A stretch of DNA of 35,895 nucleotides, taken from assembly GCA_944392435.1 (NCBI GenBank), contig CALXWQ010000001.1, positions 1 through 35,895 of the forward strand, read 5' to 3'. Every line of letters begins with the position of its first letter. The stretch's first letter is position 1. The translations under genes and the position numbers were made by a program. Positions 8,024 through 16,344 of the stretch are shown here, one piece after another. The stretch comes from an uncultured Clostridia bacterium (GTDB lineage Bacteria > Bacillota > Clostridia > TANB77 > CAG-508). The notes under the pieces were generated by a model that saw nothing but the letters and a program-made list of their open reading frames with translations, did no database searches and was not told the origin of the DNA.

Positions 8024-9998
8024 ATTTCTTTGGTTTGTTCCATGAGATGTAATCACATGATTTTGGATTGTTTTCACAAATATAGAACTTTCTTTTTTTC
8101 TTAGATTTACGTACTTGTATTTTTCCTCCACATTTAGGGCATGGTACGTCAATTGTTTCTACAATAGGCTTTGTATTTTTGCATTCTGGGTATCCAGGAC
8201 ATGCTAAGAATTTTCCGAATCTTCCATATTTTACTACCATCATTCTTCCACATTTATCACATGGTACATCTGATACTTCTTCTACTAATTCTACGTGTTC
8301 TAATTCATTCTCAACTTTTTCTACTTCTTTTTCAAATGGTCCATAGAATTCACGTATTACTTGTTTCCACTGTTCTTTTCCTTCTGCTACTTCGTCAAAT
8401 TCTTCCTCTATTTTTGCTGTAAATTCTACATTTATTATATCTGAAAAGTTTTCTGTAAGCAGTTTATTTACAACCTTTCCAAGTTCTGTCGGTATTAATT
8501 GTTTTTGTTCTTTTTCTATATATCTTCTCTCTAGAATAGTTGTTATTGTTGGAGAATACGTACTTGGTCTACCAATCCCTTTCTCTTCCAATGCTTTTAC
8601 TAAGCTTGCCTCTGTATATCTTGGTGGTGGCTGTGTAAAGCTTTGCTTTGAATCTAACTTTTTCTTCTGTACCTCTTGATTTTCTTTTAAATCTGGTACA
8701 AAAGATTCTTCATCTTCACCACTTTGGTTATCTGATGTTTCTACATACAATGTCATAAAACCTTTAAATTTAAGCGATTGTCCACTTGCTCTAAAATTAT
8801 ATTCATTTACATCAATATTTGCAGAAATTGTATCATATACTGCTGATTGCATTTGACTTGCTAAAAATCTATTGTATATTAATTTATATAGCTTGTATTG
8901 GTCTTTGCTTAAACTATCCTTTATTTCTTCCGGATTTAAGTCCACATATGTTGGACGTATACCTTCATGAGCATCTTGAGAATTTTGCTTTGTTTTGTAA
9001 TATCTGTTTTCGTAGTATTCTTCTCCATATAGTTTTACTATTTCCTTTTTAGCTACTGCTCTTGCCTCATCAGATATTCTTGTCGAGTCTGTTCTCATAT
9101 ATGTTATTAAACCAACTGTTCCTCTTCCTTCAACCTTTACACCTTCATATAATCCTTGTGCAACTGACATTGTTTTCTTTAATGTAAATCCTAATTTTCT
9201 TGAAGCCTCTTGTTGCATTGTACTTGTTGTAAATGGTGGGGCTGGTGTTCTTTTCTTTTGACCTTTTTTTATTTCTGTTACAATATATTTTCCATTTTCA
9301 ATATTTTTTAATATCTCGTCTACTTCTTCTTTGGAATGCAATTCTATCTTCTTTTTATTCTTGCCATATAGCTTAGCTATAAATGTTTTGTTTGAATTTT
9401 CATCTAATAATGTAGCTATTATATTCCAGTACTCTTCTGGTATGAATTTTTCAATTTCTTCTTCACGGTCACAGATAAGCTTTACTGCCACAGACTGCAC
9501 TCTACCGGCAGACAATCCTCTTCTTACTTTTTTCCATAATACAGGGCTAATCTTATATCCCACAATTCTATCTAATACACGTCTTGCTTGTTGTGCATTT
9601 GTTAAGTTCATATCTATTTTTCTAGGATGTTTTATTGATTCTTGTACAGTTTCTTTTGTAATTTCATTAAAAGTTACTCTACAAACACTATCTTCTGGAA
9701 TTCCTAAAATATATGCTAAATGCCATGCAATAGCCTCTCCCTCACGGTCAGGGTCAGTTGCAAGATACACTTTTTTTGCTTTTTTAGCATCTGCCTTTAA
9801 AGATTTTATTAAATCTCCTTTTCCACGTATATTTATATATTCTGGTTCAAAATCATGTTCTATATCTATACCCATTTTTGACTTAGGTAAATCTCTTATA
9901 TGTCCCATTGATGCAACAACTTTTGTACTTCCACCAAGGAATTTTTTTATTGTATTTGCCTTTGCAGGTGACTCAACAATTATTAATTTATCTGCCAT
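8022..9998 (-). CDS. topA: DNA topoisomerase I
   Basis: Toprim motifs LIIVESPAKA and DPDREGE, active-site tyrosine context ITYMRTDS, and two C-terminal Cys4 zinc ribbons (CDKCGRMM...CPGYPEC; CPKCGG...CENNPKSC). Confidence 0.95.
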   Translation of the reverse strand: MADKLIIVESPAKANTIKKFLGGSTKVVASMGHIRDLPKSKMGIDIEHDFEPEYINIRGKGDLIKSLKADAKKAKKVYLATDPDREGEAIAWHLAYILGIPEDSVCRVTFNEITKETVQESIKHPRKIDMNLTNAQQARRVLDRIVGYKISPVLWKKVRRGLSAGRVQSVAVKLICDREEEIEKFIPEEYWNIIATLLDENSNKTFIAKLYGKNKKKIELHSKEEVDEILKNIENGKYIVTEIKKGQKKRTPAPPFTTSTMQQEASRKLGFTLKKTMSVAQGLYEGVKVEGRGTVGLITYMRTDSTRISDEARAVAKKEIVKLYGEEYYENRYYKTKQNSQDAHEGIRPTYVDLNPEEIKDSLSKDQYKLYKLIYNRFLASQMQSAVYDTISANIDVNEYNFRASGQSLKFKGFMTLYVETSDNQSGEDEESFVPDLKENQEVQKKKLDSKQSFTQPPPRYTEASLVKALEEKGIGRPSTYSPTITTILERRYIEKEQKQLIPTELGKVVNKLLTENFSDIINVEFTAKIEEEFDEVAEGKEQWKQVIREFYGPFEKEVEKVENELEHVELVEEVSDVPCDKCGRMMVVKYGRFGKFLACPGYPECKNTKPIVETIDVPCPKCGGKIQVRKSKKKRKFYICENNPKSCDYISWNKPKK

Positions 9999-10126
9999 AT
10001 ATAATTTTTTCCTTTCGTAATTTATATAGACTTATTATATGCAATATTTTGAAAAATAGTCTATATAGTATAATACAGCATATTTTTTATTTTTGCAAGC
10101 AATTTATAGAATTTTCACAATTACTC

Positions 10127-10161
10127 CAAAAAAATCAGTTTTGGTTTAATCCAAAACTGAT
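10127..10161 (-). terminator. Rho-independent terminator of the 103-aa gene
   Basis: ATCAGTTTTGG / CCAAAACTGAT (10134-10144 / 10151-10161) with the stop codon in the loop. On the minus strand it is followed by TTTTTTT. Confidence 0.7.
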
Positions 10162-10457
10162 ATATCTGAAATCACATCATCTACAGATATAGGTGTTACT
10201 TTGTTTAACATTAGAATTTTTAGTAAGCTTTTAATTTTATTTTCTTCATTAGATATATTGTTTACTATTTTTGATTCAATATTAAATTTTTCACTCTTTT
10301 CTTCTCTTTTTACAACTTCAATTCCGTATTTTCTATTATTCTTTCCTGCTATGTTGTGGGTTTCGTAATATTCAAGTTCAATATCATCAGAAACATCGTC
10401 ATAATCTGAACTTTCAATTACTGTTCTTCCAAAAAGGCTCTTTTTGTACTCCATCAT
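10146..10457 (-). CDS. Hypothetical acidic small protein (103 aa), likely Spo0A-controlled
   Basis: Strong SD AAAGGGGGAA 4-5 nt before ATGATG, plus its own promoter and terminator. I recognise no family. Confidence 0.7.
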   Translation of the reverse strand: MMEYKKSLFGRTVIESSDYDDVSDDIELEYYETHNIAGKNNRKYGIEVVKREEKSEKFNIESKIVNNISNEENKIKSLLKILMLNKVTPISVDDVISDISVLD

Positions 10458-10489
10458 TTGTTCCCCCTTTCTAAATAGCGTACTTCTTA

Positions 10490-10554
10490 ACTATAATACA
10501 AAAAGCTTTAAATAGCAAGGAAAATCGTATGCCATGTTTCGACACAATTCGACA
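10490..10554 (-). promoter_or_regulatory. Sigma-A-type promoter preceded by two perfect tandem Spo0A (0A) boxes
   Basis: The minus strand reads TGTCGAA-TTG-TGTCGAA (10554-10548 and 10544-10538, 10-bp period). TTGCTA (10518-10513), a 17-nt spacer and TATAGT (10495-10490) follow. Confidence 0.55.
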
Positions 10555-10574
10555 AAGCTCTTTTATCCCATTAC

Positions 10575-10703
10575 AGAAGATTATAAATTTTTTATTTGAG
10601 TGCTTAATGTGGGGACCGGCAAGTTTACAAACTGTTAAACGAAGTTTTTACAGTTTGTACGCAGTTGTGGCCGAAAATAAAAATAAAAAATTTATAATCT
10701 TCT
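10575..10703 (+). repeat. Family A repeat, copy A3 (compact full copy)
   Basis: Perfect 23-bp TIR AGAAGATTATAAATTTTTTATTT (10575-10597 / 10681-10703). Cores GAGTGCTTAATGTGGGGACCGGCAAG and GTACGCAGTTGTGGCCGAAAA. Inner stem TACAAACTGT / ACAGTTTGTA (10625-10634 / 10650-10659). Confidence 0.85.
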
Positions 10704-10728
10704 ATACCTACTAATAAAGAAAGGTACT

Positions 10729-11841
10729 TTATATTACCTTCCTTATTTCCTCATATATTTTTTCTTCTACATTAGGCATTGCTACTTTTGTAGCATTATT
10801 TCCCATTTGTTTTAATGTATTGGGATTACAAACTACTTCCTCAATAGTCTTCTCTAAACTTTCAGAATTCAAATCTTTATCTAAAATTATTTTTGCTGCT
10901 CCTACTTTTTCCAAAACTCTAGCATTATATTCTTGATGATTCTCTGTTGCGTATGGATATGGTATAAATATTGCAGGTTTGCCTACAACAGAAATTTCAG
11001 TAATTGTCATTGCTCCACTTCTACATACTACTAAATCACATGCATTCATTACTTCTTCCATATTATATATGTATGGGACAATTTTTACATTTTCTATATT
11101 GTTTATATTCATGTTTACTTCATCTAGCTTAATTTTTATCTCATCATATTGTCCTGGTCCTGCCGCCCAAATTATTTGATAATCTTTATTTTTTTTATTT
11201 ACTATTATTTCTAGGAAACTTCTATTTATGCTTTGTGCCCCTTGGCTTCCGCCAAAAACCAATACTACAGGCTTATTTTCTTTTATTCCTAACTTGGTTT
11301 TTATTTTCTTCTTTTCTTCTTCTGACAAATCTAGTTTCTTTATTTTTACTGGATTTCCTGTTACTACTACATTACTTGCTCCTTCTAATCTATCTTTTGC
11401 ATCCTGAAACCCTACCAATATTTTATTTACTTTTTTCTTAAATAATTTTACTGCAATTCCAGGAAATGCGTTACTTTCATGAAGTACAACTGGTATTCTC
11501 ATTTTCTTTGCTGCTAGAACTGTTGGTACACAAATATATCCGCCCATTCCTATAACTACATTTGGTCTAAAGTTATCCAAAAATCTTTGTGCTTCCCCTA
11601 TTGACTTAAAAGTAGCATATAAATTTTTAAAATTTTGTACTGTAAATTTTCTTTCAATTCCATGGGCATCAATTGTCCAAAGAGGAAAACCTGCTCTAGG
11701 AACTAAATCGTTTTCTAATCCTCTATTTGTTCCTATAAAAATGATCTCTGACTTTGGTTCTTTTTCTTTAATTTTATTTGCTATAGCTATTCCAGGATTT
11801 ATATGTCCTCCTGTACCTGCAGCTGCAATTATAACTTTCAT
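10729..11841 (-). CDS. murG: UDP-N-acetylglucosamine--N-acetylmuramyl-(pentapeptide) pyrophosphoryl-undecaprenol GlcNAc transferase
   Basis: MKVIIAAAGTGGHINPGIAIA N-terminus, GGSQGA motif and dcw context. Start moved to ATG 11841 because the AGGAAGGA SD abuts the track's ATG 11850. Confidence 0.93.
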   Translation of the reverse strand: MKVIIAAAGTGGHINPGIAIANKIKEKEPKSEIIFIGTNRGLENDLVPRAGFPLWTIDAHGIERKFTVQNFKNLYATFKSIGEAQRFLDNFRPNVVIGMGGYICVPTVLAAKKMRIPVVLHESNAFPGIAVKLFKKKVNKILVGFQDAKDRLEGASNVVVTGNPVKIKKLDLSEEEKKKIKTKLGIKENKPVVLVFGGSQGAQSINRSFLEIIVNKKNKDYQIIWAAGPGQYDEIKIKLDEVNMNINNIENVKIVPYIYNMEEVMNACDLVVCRSGAMTITEISVVGKPAIFIPYPYATENHQEYNARVLEKVGAAKIILDKDLNSESLEKTIEEVVCNPNTLKQMGNNATKVAMPNVEEKIYEEIRKVI

Positions 11842-11873
11842 TTTTATCATTCCTTCCTATAAGCTTAGAAAAG

Positions 11874-11975
11874 AATTGACGTTTCAGCTATGTGAACAAG
11901 CAGTAAAATCAGAAGCGTGCTTTTTGCCACTTCGAAGTCTTTCTCTTTTCAGTTCAATAGTTTCAAAGCTCAATT
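11874..11975 (+). repeat. Family B palindromic repeat, copy B3 (most diverged)
   Basis: AATTGACGTTTCAGCTATGTGAACAAGCAGTAAAATC aligns to B1 AATTGTTGTTTTGGCTAAGCAAACAAGCAAGAAAACC. Central imperfect hairpin GAAGCGTGC-TTTTT-GCCACTTC. The right end is ...AGCTCAATT. Length 102 bp. Confidence 0.65.
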
Positions 11976-11990
11976 ATTTTCCAGCTACTT

Positions 11991-13154
11991 TTACACTTTA
12001 CTTCTAGATCTAGATATATTTAGCAAAATACCACACATTCCCATTAAAACCACAAGAGCAGTACCTCCTGCACTAAAGAATGGTAGTGACATTCCTGTAT
12101 TTGGTATTGTGTTTGTAACAACTCCTATATTGATTGCAACTTGGACCATTACTAATGTTGTAATTCCTGTAGCTATTAAACTTCCAAACATATCTGGTGC
12201 CTTCATTGCAATTATTATTCCTCTCCAAATAAATAATGCAAATAATATAATTACAACTATGCAACCTACAAATCCAAGTTCTTCTGCTAATATTGAAAAT
12301 ATAAAGTCATTTTGTGGTTCTGATACATAAAGATATTTTTGTTTGCTCTCTCCAAGTCCTACTCCGAAAAGACCTCCTGAACCTATTGCATATAAACTTT
12401 GAATAGTCTGCCAACCAGTGCCAGTTGGGTCTTGCCAAGGATCCATATAGTTTAATATTCTTCCAATCCTAAAGTTTGCATCTCCAGCACTATCTCCTGC
12501 CATAGAGAAATATGCCATAAGAGCTGTTATTCCACTTCCTCCTACGACCAATCCAGTTATTACAAAATATAATAATCTGCATCCTGCCATAAGCATCATC
12601 ACAACTGTAATAGCACTCATAACTACACCAACACTTAAGTGGTTTTGAATAAATAACGCAATTGCTACAGGTGGAATTATATATAAAAGAGGAATTACAA
12701 AGCCCTTTTTAAAACTTCTTAAGTCTGCTTTATGATCTGTCAAATAGCCTGCATAAAATATAATCATTCCTATTTTAGTAAGCTCTGAAGGTTGAAATTG
12801 TCCAAATCCTAAACTAATCCACCTTCTAGCGCCTCCACCAGATGAGCCTAATCCTGGTATTAAAACTAATAATAGCACTCCTATAGAAAGCCAATATATT
12901 GGCCAATATATTTTCTTAAAATATTTATAATCAAATCTAGAAGCAACCCACATTACAAATAATCCTAGAAGCGCAAATGCAATTTGCCTTGTAACATATG
13001 TATAACTATCACCTGTTTCTGCAAGCGCAGAAGGTGCACTTGCAGATAATACCATTACAATTCCAAATGATAGAAGTATTATTATTATTATTACTAATAT
13101 AAAGTCTACTTGACCATTTTTTGTCTTTTTCATTCCTTTTACTTTATTTTGCAT
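11991..13154 (-). CDS. ftsW: SEDS-family peptidoglycan glycosyltransferase FtsW/SpoVE
   Basis: Polytopic membrane protein with RWISLGFGQFQPSE, GLGESKQKYLYVSEPQNDFIF and LPFFSAGGT motifs, in dcw context. ATG 13154 is preferred over the track's TTG 13166. Confidence 0.92.
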   Translation of the reverse strand: MQNKVKGMKKTKNGQVDFILVIIIIILLSFGIVMVLSASAPSALAETGDSYTYVTRQIAFALLGLFVMWVASRFDYKYFKKIYWPIYWLSIGVLLLVLIPGLGSSGGGARRWISLGFGQFQPSELTKIGMIIFYAGYLTDHKADLRSFKKGFVIPLLYIIPPVAIALFIQNHLSVGVVMSAITVVMMLMAGCRLLYFVITGLVVGGSGITALMAYFSMAGDSAGDANFRIGRILNYMDPWQDPTGTGWQTIQSLYAIGSGGLFGVGLGESKQKYLYVSEPQNDFIFSILAEELGFVGCIVVIILFALFIWRGIIIAMKAPDMFGSLIATGITTLVMVQVAINIGVVTNTIPNTGMSLPFFSAGGTALVVLMGMCGILLNISRSRSKV

Positions 13155-13211
13155 TTTGTAAATCAATCCTTTCCGAATTGAACAATTTTATATATTCTTA
13201 TTCTCTTATAC

Positions 13212-13336
13212 AAGTTTGAAAAAAATTGTTGTTTTGGCTAAGCAAACAAGCAAGAAAACCAAAGATGTACTTTGTAACATCAAAGGATTTTCGCAGTGCA
13301 GTTCAACAACGCCAAAATACAATTATTATTCAAACT
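13212..13336 (+). repeat. Family B palindromic repeat, copy B1
   Basis: The 101-bp core 13224-13324 runs AATTG...CAATT. Outer stem TTTTGGC/GCCAAAA, middle stem GAAAACC/GGATTTTC, central hairpin GATGT...ACATC. Flanking AGTTTGAA / TTCAAACT (13212-13219 / 13329-13336) extends the palindrome. Confidence 0.8.
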
Positions 13337-13434
13337 AAAAATAGCAGACTATGCATTTTTTTAGTTTGTCAAAACTTAAAACAATTTAAGTTTTTTAGCA
13401 TCTTTTAAAATAAAACACACTATTTTATACACTT

Positions 13435-14412
13435 TCAAATAGCATATAGTCCTATAATGCAGAAAACCAAAGTAATTAAACTAAATACTGACACAATTTT
13501 GTTTTCTTTCCAACCAGATAATTCAAAATGATGATGTATTGGCGTCATTTTAAATACTCTATTTCCTGTTTTCTTAAAATATGCTACTTGTATCATTACA
13601 GACAATGTTTCTATTATTGGTATTATAGCTATAATTAATAGTAATAGTGGCATTTTTAAATAAAGTGCAATACCTGCTATAGCACCTCCAAGCATCAAAG
13701 AGCCTGTGTCTCCCATCATTACTTTTGCAGGATTTAGATTAAATAGTAAAAATCCTAAACATGCACCAATTAAAATAGTTCCTACTACTGTTACTTCTTT
13801 TATTCCAAATAATATTGATATAACCGTTAAGCAAGCAAGTATTATTGTTGTAACACTTGTAGATAATCCATCTATTCCATCAGTTAAATTAATTGCATTT
13901 GTTGCAGCTAACATTACTAGCACTGCAAATGGCACATATAACCAAATTGGTAATGTTACATATGTTTTAGCAAATGGTATATATATATCTGTCCCTATAT
14001 TAAATACTTTTACTAAAATTATTGTATAAACTACTGACACTATTAAAAGTCCAAACATTTTGGATTTTGGGCTTAATCCTTTTGTGTTTTTTAATACAAG
14101 TTTTTTAAAATCGTCTATGAATCCTATAAACCCAAAGCCTACAGCTACGCCTATTAATGGTAATATAGCTTGCGCAGTCTCAAGCTGATCCACTTTATAA
14201 TCCATATATACAAATATTCCAACTGCTATTAAAACTAATATTATTATTATACCGCCCATTGTTGGCGTTCCTTGTTTTTTTAGATGAGATTGTGGCCCCT
14301 CTTGCCTCTCTATTTGACCCACTTTTAATTTTCTTAATATTGGTACAATTATTAAAGCTAATATTACACTTACTACAAATGACAGTATTAATATTTTATT
14401 TTGATACTGCAT
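13435..14412 (-). CDS. mraY: Phospho-N-acetylmuramoyl-pentapeptide transferase
   Basis: Ten-TM-type protein with GTPTMGG, FIDDFKK, NAINLTDGIDGL and PIHHHFE motifs. GGAGG lies 8 nt before ATG 14412. Confidence 0.95.
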   Translation of the reverse strand: MQYQNKILILSFVVSVILALIIVPILRKLKVGQIERQEGPQSHLKKQGTPTMGGIIIILVLIAVGIFVYMDYKVDQLETAQAILPLIGVAVGFGFIGFIDDFKKLVLKNTKGLSPKSKMFGLLIVSVVYTIILVKVFNIGTDIYIPFAKTYVTLPIWLYVPFAVLVMLAATNAINLTDGIDGLSTSVTTIILACLTVISILFGIKEVTVVGTILIGACLGFLLFNLNPAKVMMGDTGSLMLGGAIAGIALYLKMPLLLLIIAIIPIIETLSVMIQVAYFKKTGNRVFKMTPIHHHFELSGWKENKIVSVFSLITLVFCIIGLYAI

Positions 14413-14511
14413 ACATTTTTCCTCCTTCGTCCTTCTATGAATGAAATATAATTGATTTTGTTGCTGTTAAAAATGTTTTTTCTTCAACTACTATCTCGTA
14501 GATTTTAATAG

Positions 14512-14612
14512 AATTGTATTTTGGCTATGCAAACGAGCAAAAAAACTGGAGGCGTACTTGGTGTACGCTGAGGATTTTTCGCATGCGAAGTTTAACAACG
14601 CCAAAATCAATT
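14512..14612 (+). repeat. Family B palindromic repeat, copy B2
   Basis: 101 bp, AATTGTATTTTGGCTATGCAAACGAGC...TTTAACAACGCCAAAATCAATT. Central perfect hairpin GCGTAC-TTGGT-GTACGC (14552-14568) flanked by A-run/T-run. Confidence 0.8.
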
Positions 14613-14629
14613 ATATTAAGAGCTTTCAT

Positions 14630-16108
14630 TCAGCTGATTTCGTTTATTATACTGTTTACTATCTCAACCTCATCAAAAGGATATCGTTTTTTATTTATTT
14701 CTTGATATTGTTCATGACCTTTTCCTGCAAGAACAATTATATCTTTCTTGTTAGCCATGTTTATTGCTCTTTTTATAGCTGCTTTTCTATCTACAATACA
14801 TACATATTTTCCTTTTGTCTTTTTTATTCCTTTTTCTATCTCTTTTACTATTTCTTTTGGTTCTTCTGTCCTTGGGTTATCTGACGTAATAATTGTATAA
14901 TCAGCTACTCTTCCAGACACTTCGCCCATCATAGGTCTTTTATTTTTGTCTCTGTCTCCACCACATCCAAAAACAGAAATTACTCTTCCTTTAGTATATA
15001 TTTTTACTGAGTTTAATATTTTTTCTAAACTCTCTGGTGTATGTGCATAATCAATCATTATTGTAAGTCCTAATTTATTATCAACTAACTCGCTTCGTCC
15101 TGGTACTCTTATATTTATTAAAGCATCCTTTATATTGTCGCTTGTGCATCCAAAATTAAGTGCTACGGCTATAGCCGCTAAAGAATTGTATACACTAAAT
15201 CTTCCTGGAATTGAAACTTTTACTCTTTCATTTTTATCTCCAATTTTTACTTTGAAATCAACATATTGATTTGTAACAGTAATGTCTTTTGCAAGTAAAT
15301 CACAATGATTGTCTATTCCATATGTTGAGATTTGGCATTCTGGAACAAGTTTTGGTATTGTAATAGCATATACATCATCCGCATTTATAAAGCCTTTTTT
15401 GCACATTTTAAATAATTTTACTTTTGAATTAAAATAGTCTTCCATATTTGGATGTTCCTTAGTGCTTATATGATCTTCAGACAAATTTGTAAAAACTCCA
15501 ATATCAAAATCACATCCGGCTACTCTTTCTAGTTTTAAACTTTGAGAAGACACCTCCATTACAACAACTTCACATTTTTCTTCCAGCATTTTGCTAAATA
15601 TTTCTTGTAACTTTAAGCTCTCAGGTGTTGTATTCTCATTGTTAGCAATCTTTCTGTCTCCTACATAAGAGGCAACTGTGCCAATTAAACCAACTTTTAT
15701 TCCTTTTTTTTCAAGTATATCTCTTATCATATATGTTGTTGTAGTTTTGCCCTTTGTTCCTGTTACTCCTACAAGCTTAAATTTTTGAGATGGATTTTTA
15801 TAGAAATTGCATGCACAAATTGCTAATGAATATCTTGTATCTTTAGCTAAAATTAATGTCACATCATCTTTAATCTCTTTTATAATTTTTTTATCTATTA
15901 TATCCTCTTGTGCCATAATCACTTTAGCTCCATTATTCATTGCTTCCTCAATATGTTCATGCCCATCAACATCAAATCCCTTTACTGCAACAAACATATC
16001 ATCAGGTCCTACATTCTTAGAATTGTTTCTAATATTTTTTACATCTATATCTAGGCTTCCTTTTACTTTTAAGCCTTCTAATCCAGCTAATATTTTTTTT
16101 AATTCCAT
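14630..16108 (-). CDS. murE: UDP-N-acetylmuramoyl-L-alanyl-D-glutamate--2,6-diaminopimelate ligase
   Basis: P-loop GVTGTKGKTTT. The DNPR motif (ITSDNPRTE) is typical of meso-DAP-adding MurE. GAGAGGGGAG SD 8 nt before the ATG. Confidence 0.94.
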   Translation of the reverse strand: MELKKILAGLEGLKVKGSLDIDVKNIRNNSKNVGPDDMFVAVKGFDVDGHEHIEEAMNNGAKVIMAQEDIIDKKIIKEIKDDVTLILAKDTRYSLAICACNFYKNPSQKFKLVGVTGTKGKTTTTYMIRDILEKKGIKVGLIGTVASYVGDRKIANNENTTPESLKLQEIFSKMLEEKCEVVVMEVSSQSLKLERVAGCDFDIGVFTNLSEDHISTKEHPNMEDYFNSKVKLFKMCKKGFINADDVYAITIPKLVPECQISTYGIDNHCDLLAKDITVTNQYVDFKVKIGDKNERVKVSIPGRFSVYNSLAAIAVALNFGCTSDNIKDALINIRVPGRSELVDNKLGLTIMIDYAHTPESLEKILNSVKIYTKGRVISVFGCGGDRDKNKRPMMGEVSGRVADYTIITSDNPRTEEPKEIVKEIEKGIKKTKGKYVCIVDRKAAIKRAINMANKKDIIVLAGKGHEQYQEINKKRYPFDEVEIVNSIINEIS

Positions 16109-16244
16109 AGCTTAGATTCTCCCCTCTCTTAATTTTAAAATATGCCTTTTACATTATATAACTAAATTTAACTTTTGTACATACTTTTTCAAAATTTACT
16201 TTTTATCGACTTATTATTTAAAAATTTTTGATTTTTGCTTTTTT

Positions 16245-16325
16245 ATCTAGGAAATATGTATGTTTTAAATTTTGCCTAAAGTGCTTAAGGTGAGGGCTGG
16301 AAATAAAAATAAAAAACATATACTT
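16245..16325 (+). repeat. Family A repeat, copy A4 (internally deleted; right boundary approximate)
   Basis: ATCTAGGAAATATGTATGTTTTAAATTTTGCCTAAAGTGCTTAAGGTGAGGGCTGGAAATAAAAATAAAAAAC. The left arm and the preceding TTTTTGATTTTTGCTTTTTT closely match A2 (7678-7745). The single hybrid GGTGAGGGCTGG replaces both cores and everything between them. Confidence 0.7.
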
Positions 16326-16344
16326 CTTTGCTAAAACTTAGCCA

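Noticed and set aside
9331-10020. A 229-aa + strand ORF, and the many other + strand ORFs in the track that lie inside minus-strand genes (for example 2857-3198, 11917-12330, 13706-14029, 24995-25354, 33870-34259).
   Set aside because: All lie antisense to genes with unmistakable conserved motifs. Their translations are F/L/I/S-rich low-complexity strings typical of the T-rich antisense strand, and none has a credible SD or a recognisable motif.
10024-10068. 10-bp inverted repeat TATATAGACT / AGTCTATATA in the topA promoter/leader region as a specific regulatory element.
   Set aside because: It is short and AT-rich, and it overlaps plausible -10/-35 hexamers. This is within what chance produces in a spacer of this composition, so there is no further support.
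13226-13408. + strand ORFs 13226-13408 and 14514-14705 that both start inside family B repeats and give vaguely similar peptides.
   Set aside because: The similarity is DNA-level. The shared TTTTGGCTA segment is read in different frames in the two ORFs, there is no SD, and the palindromic architecture explains the conservation better than coding does.
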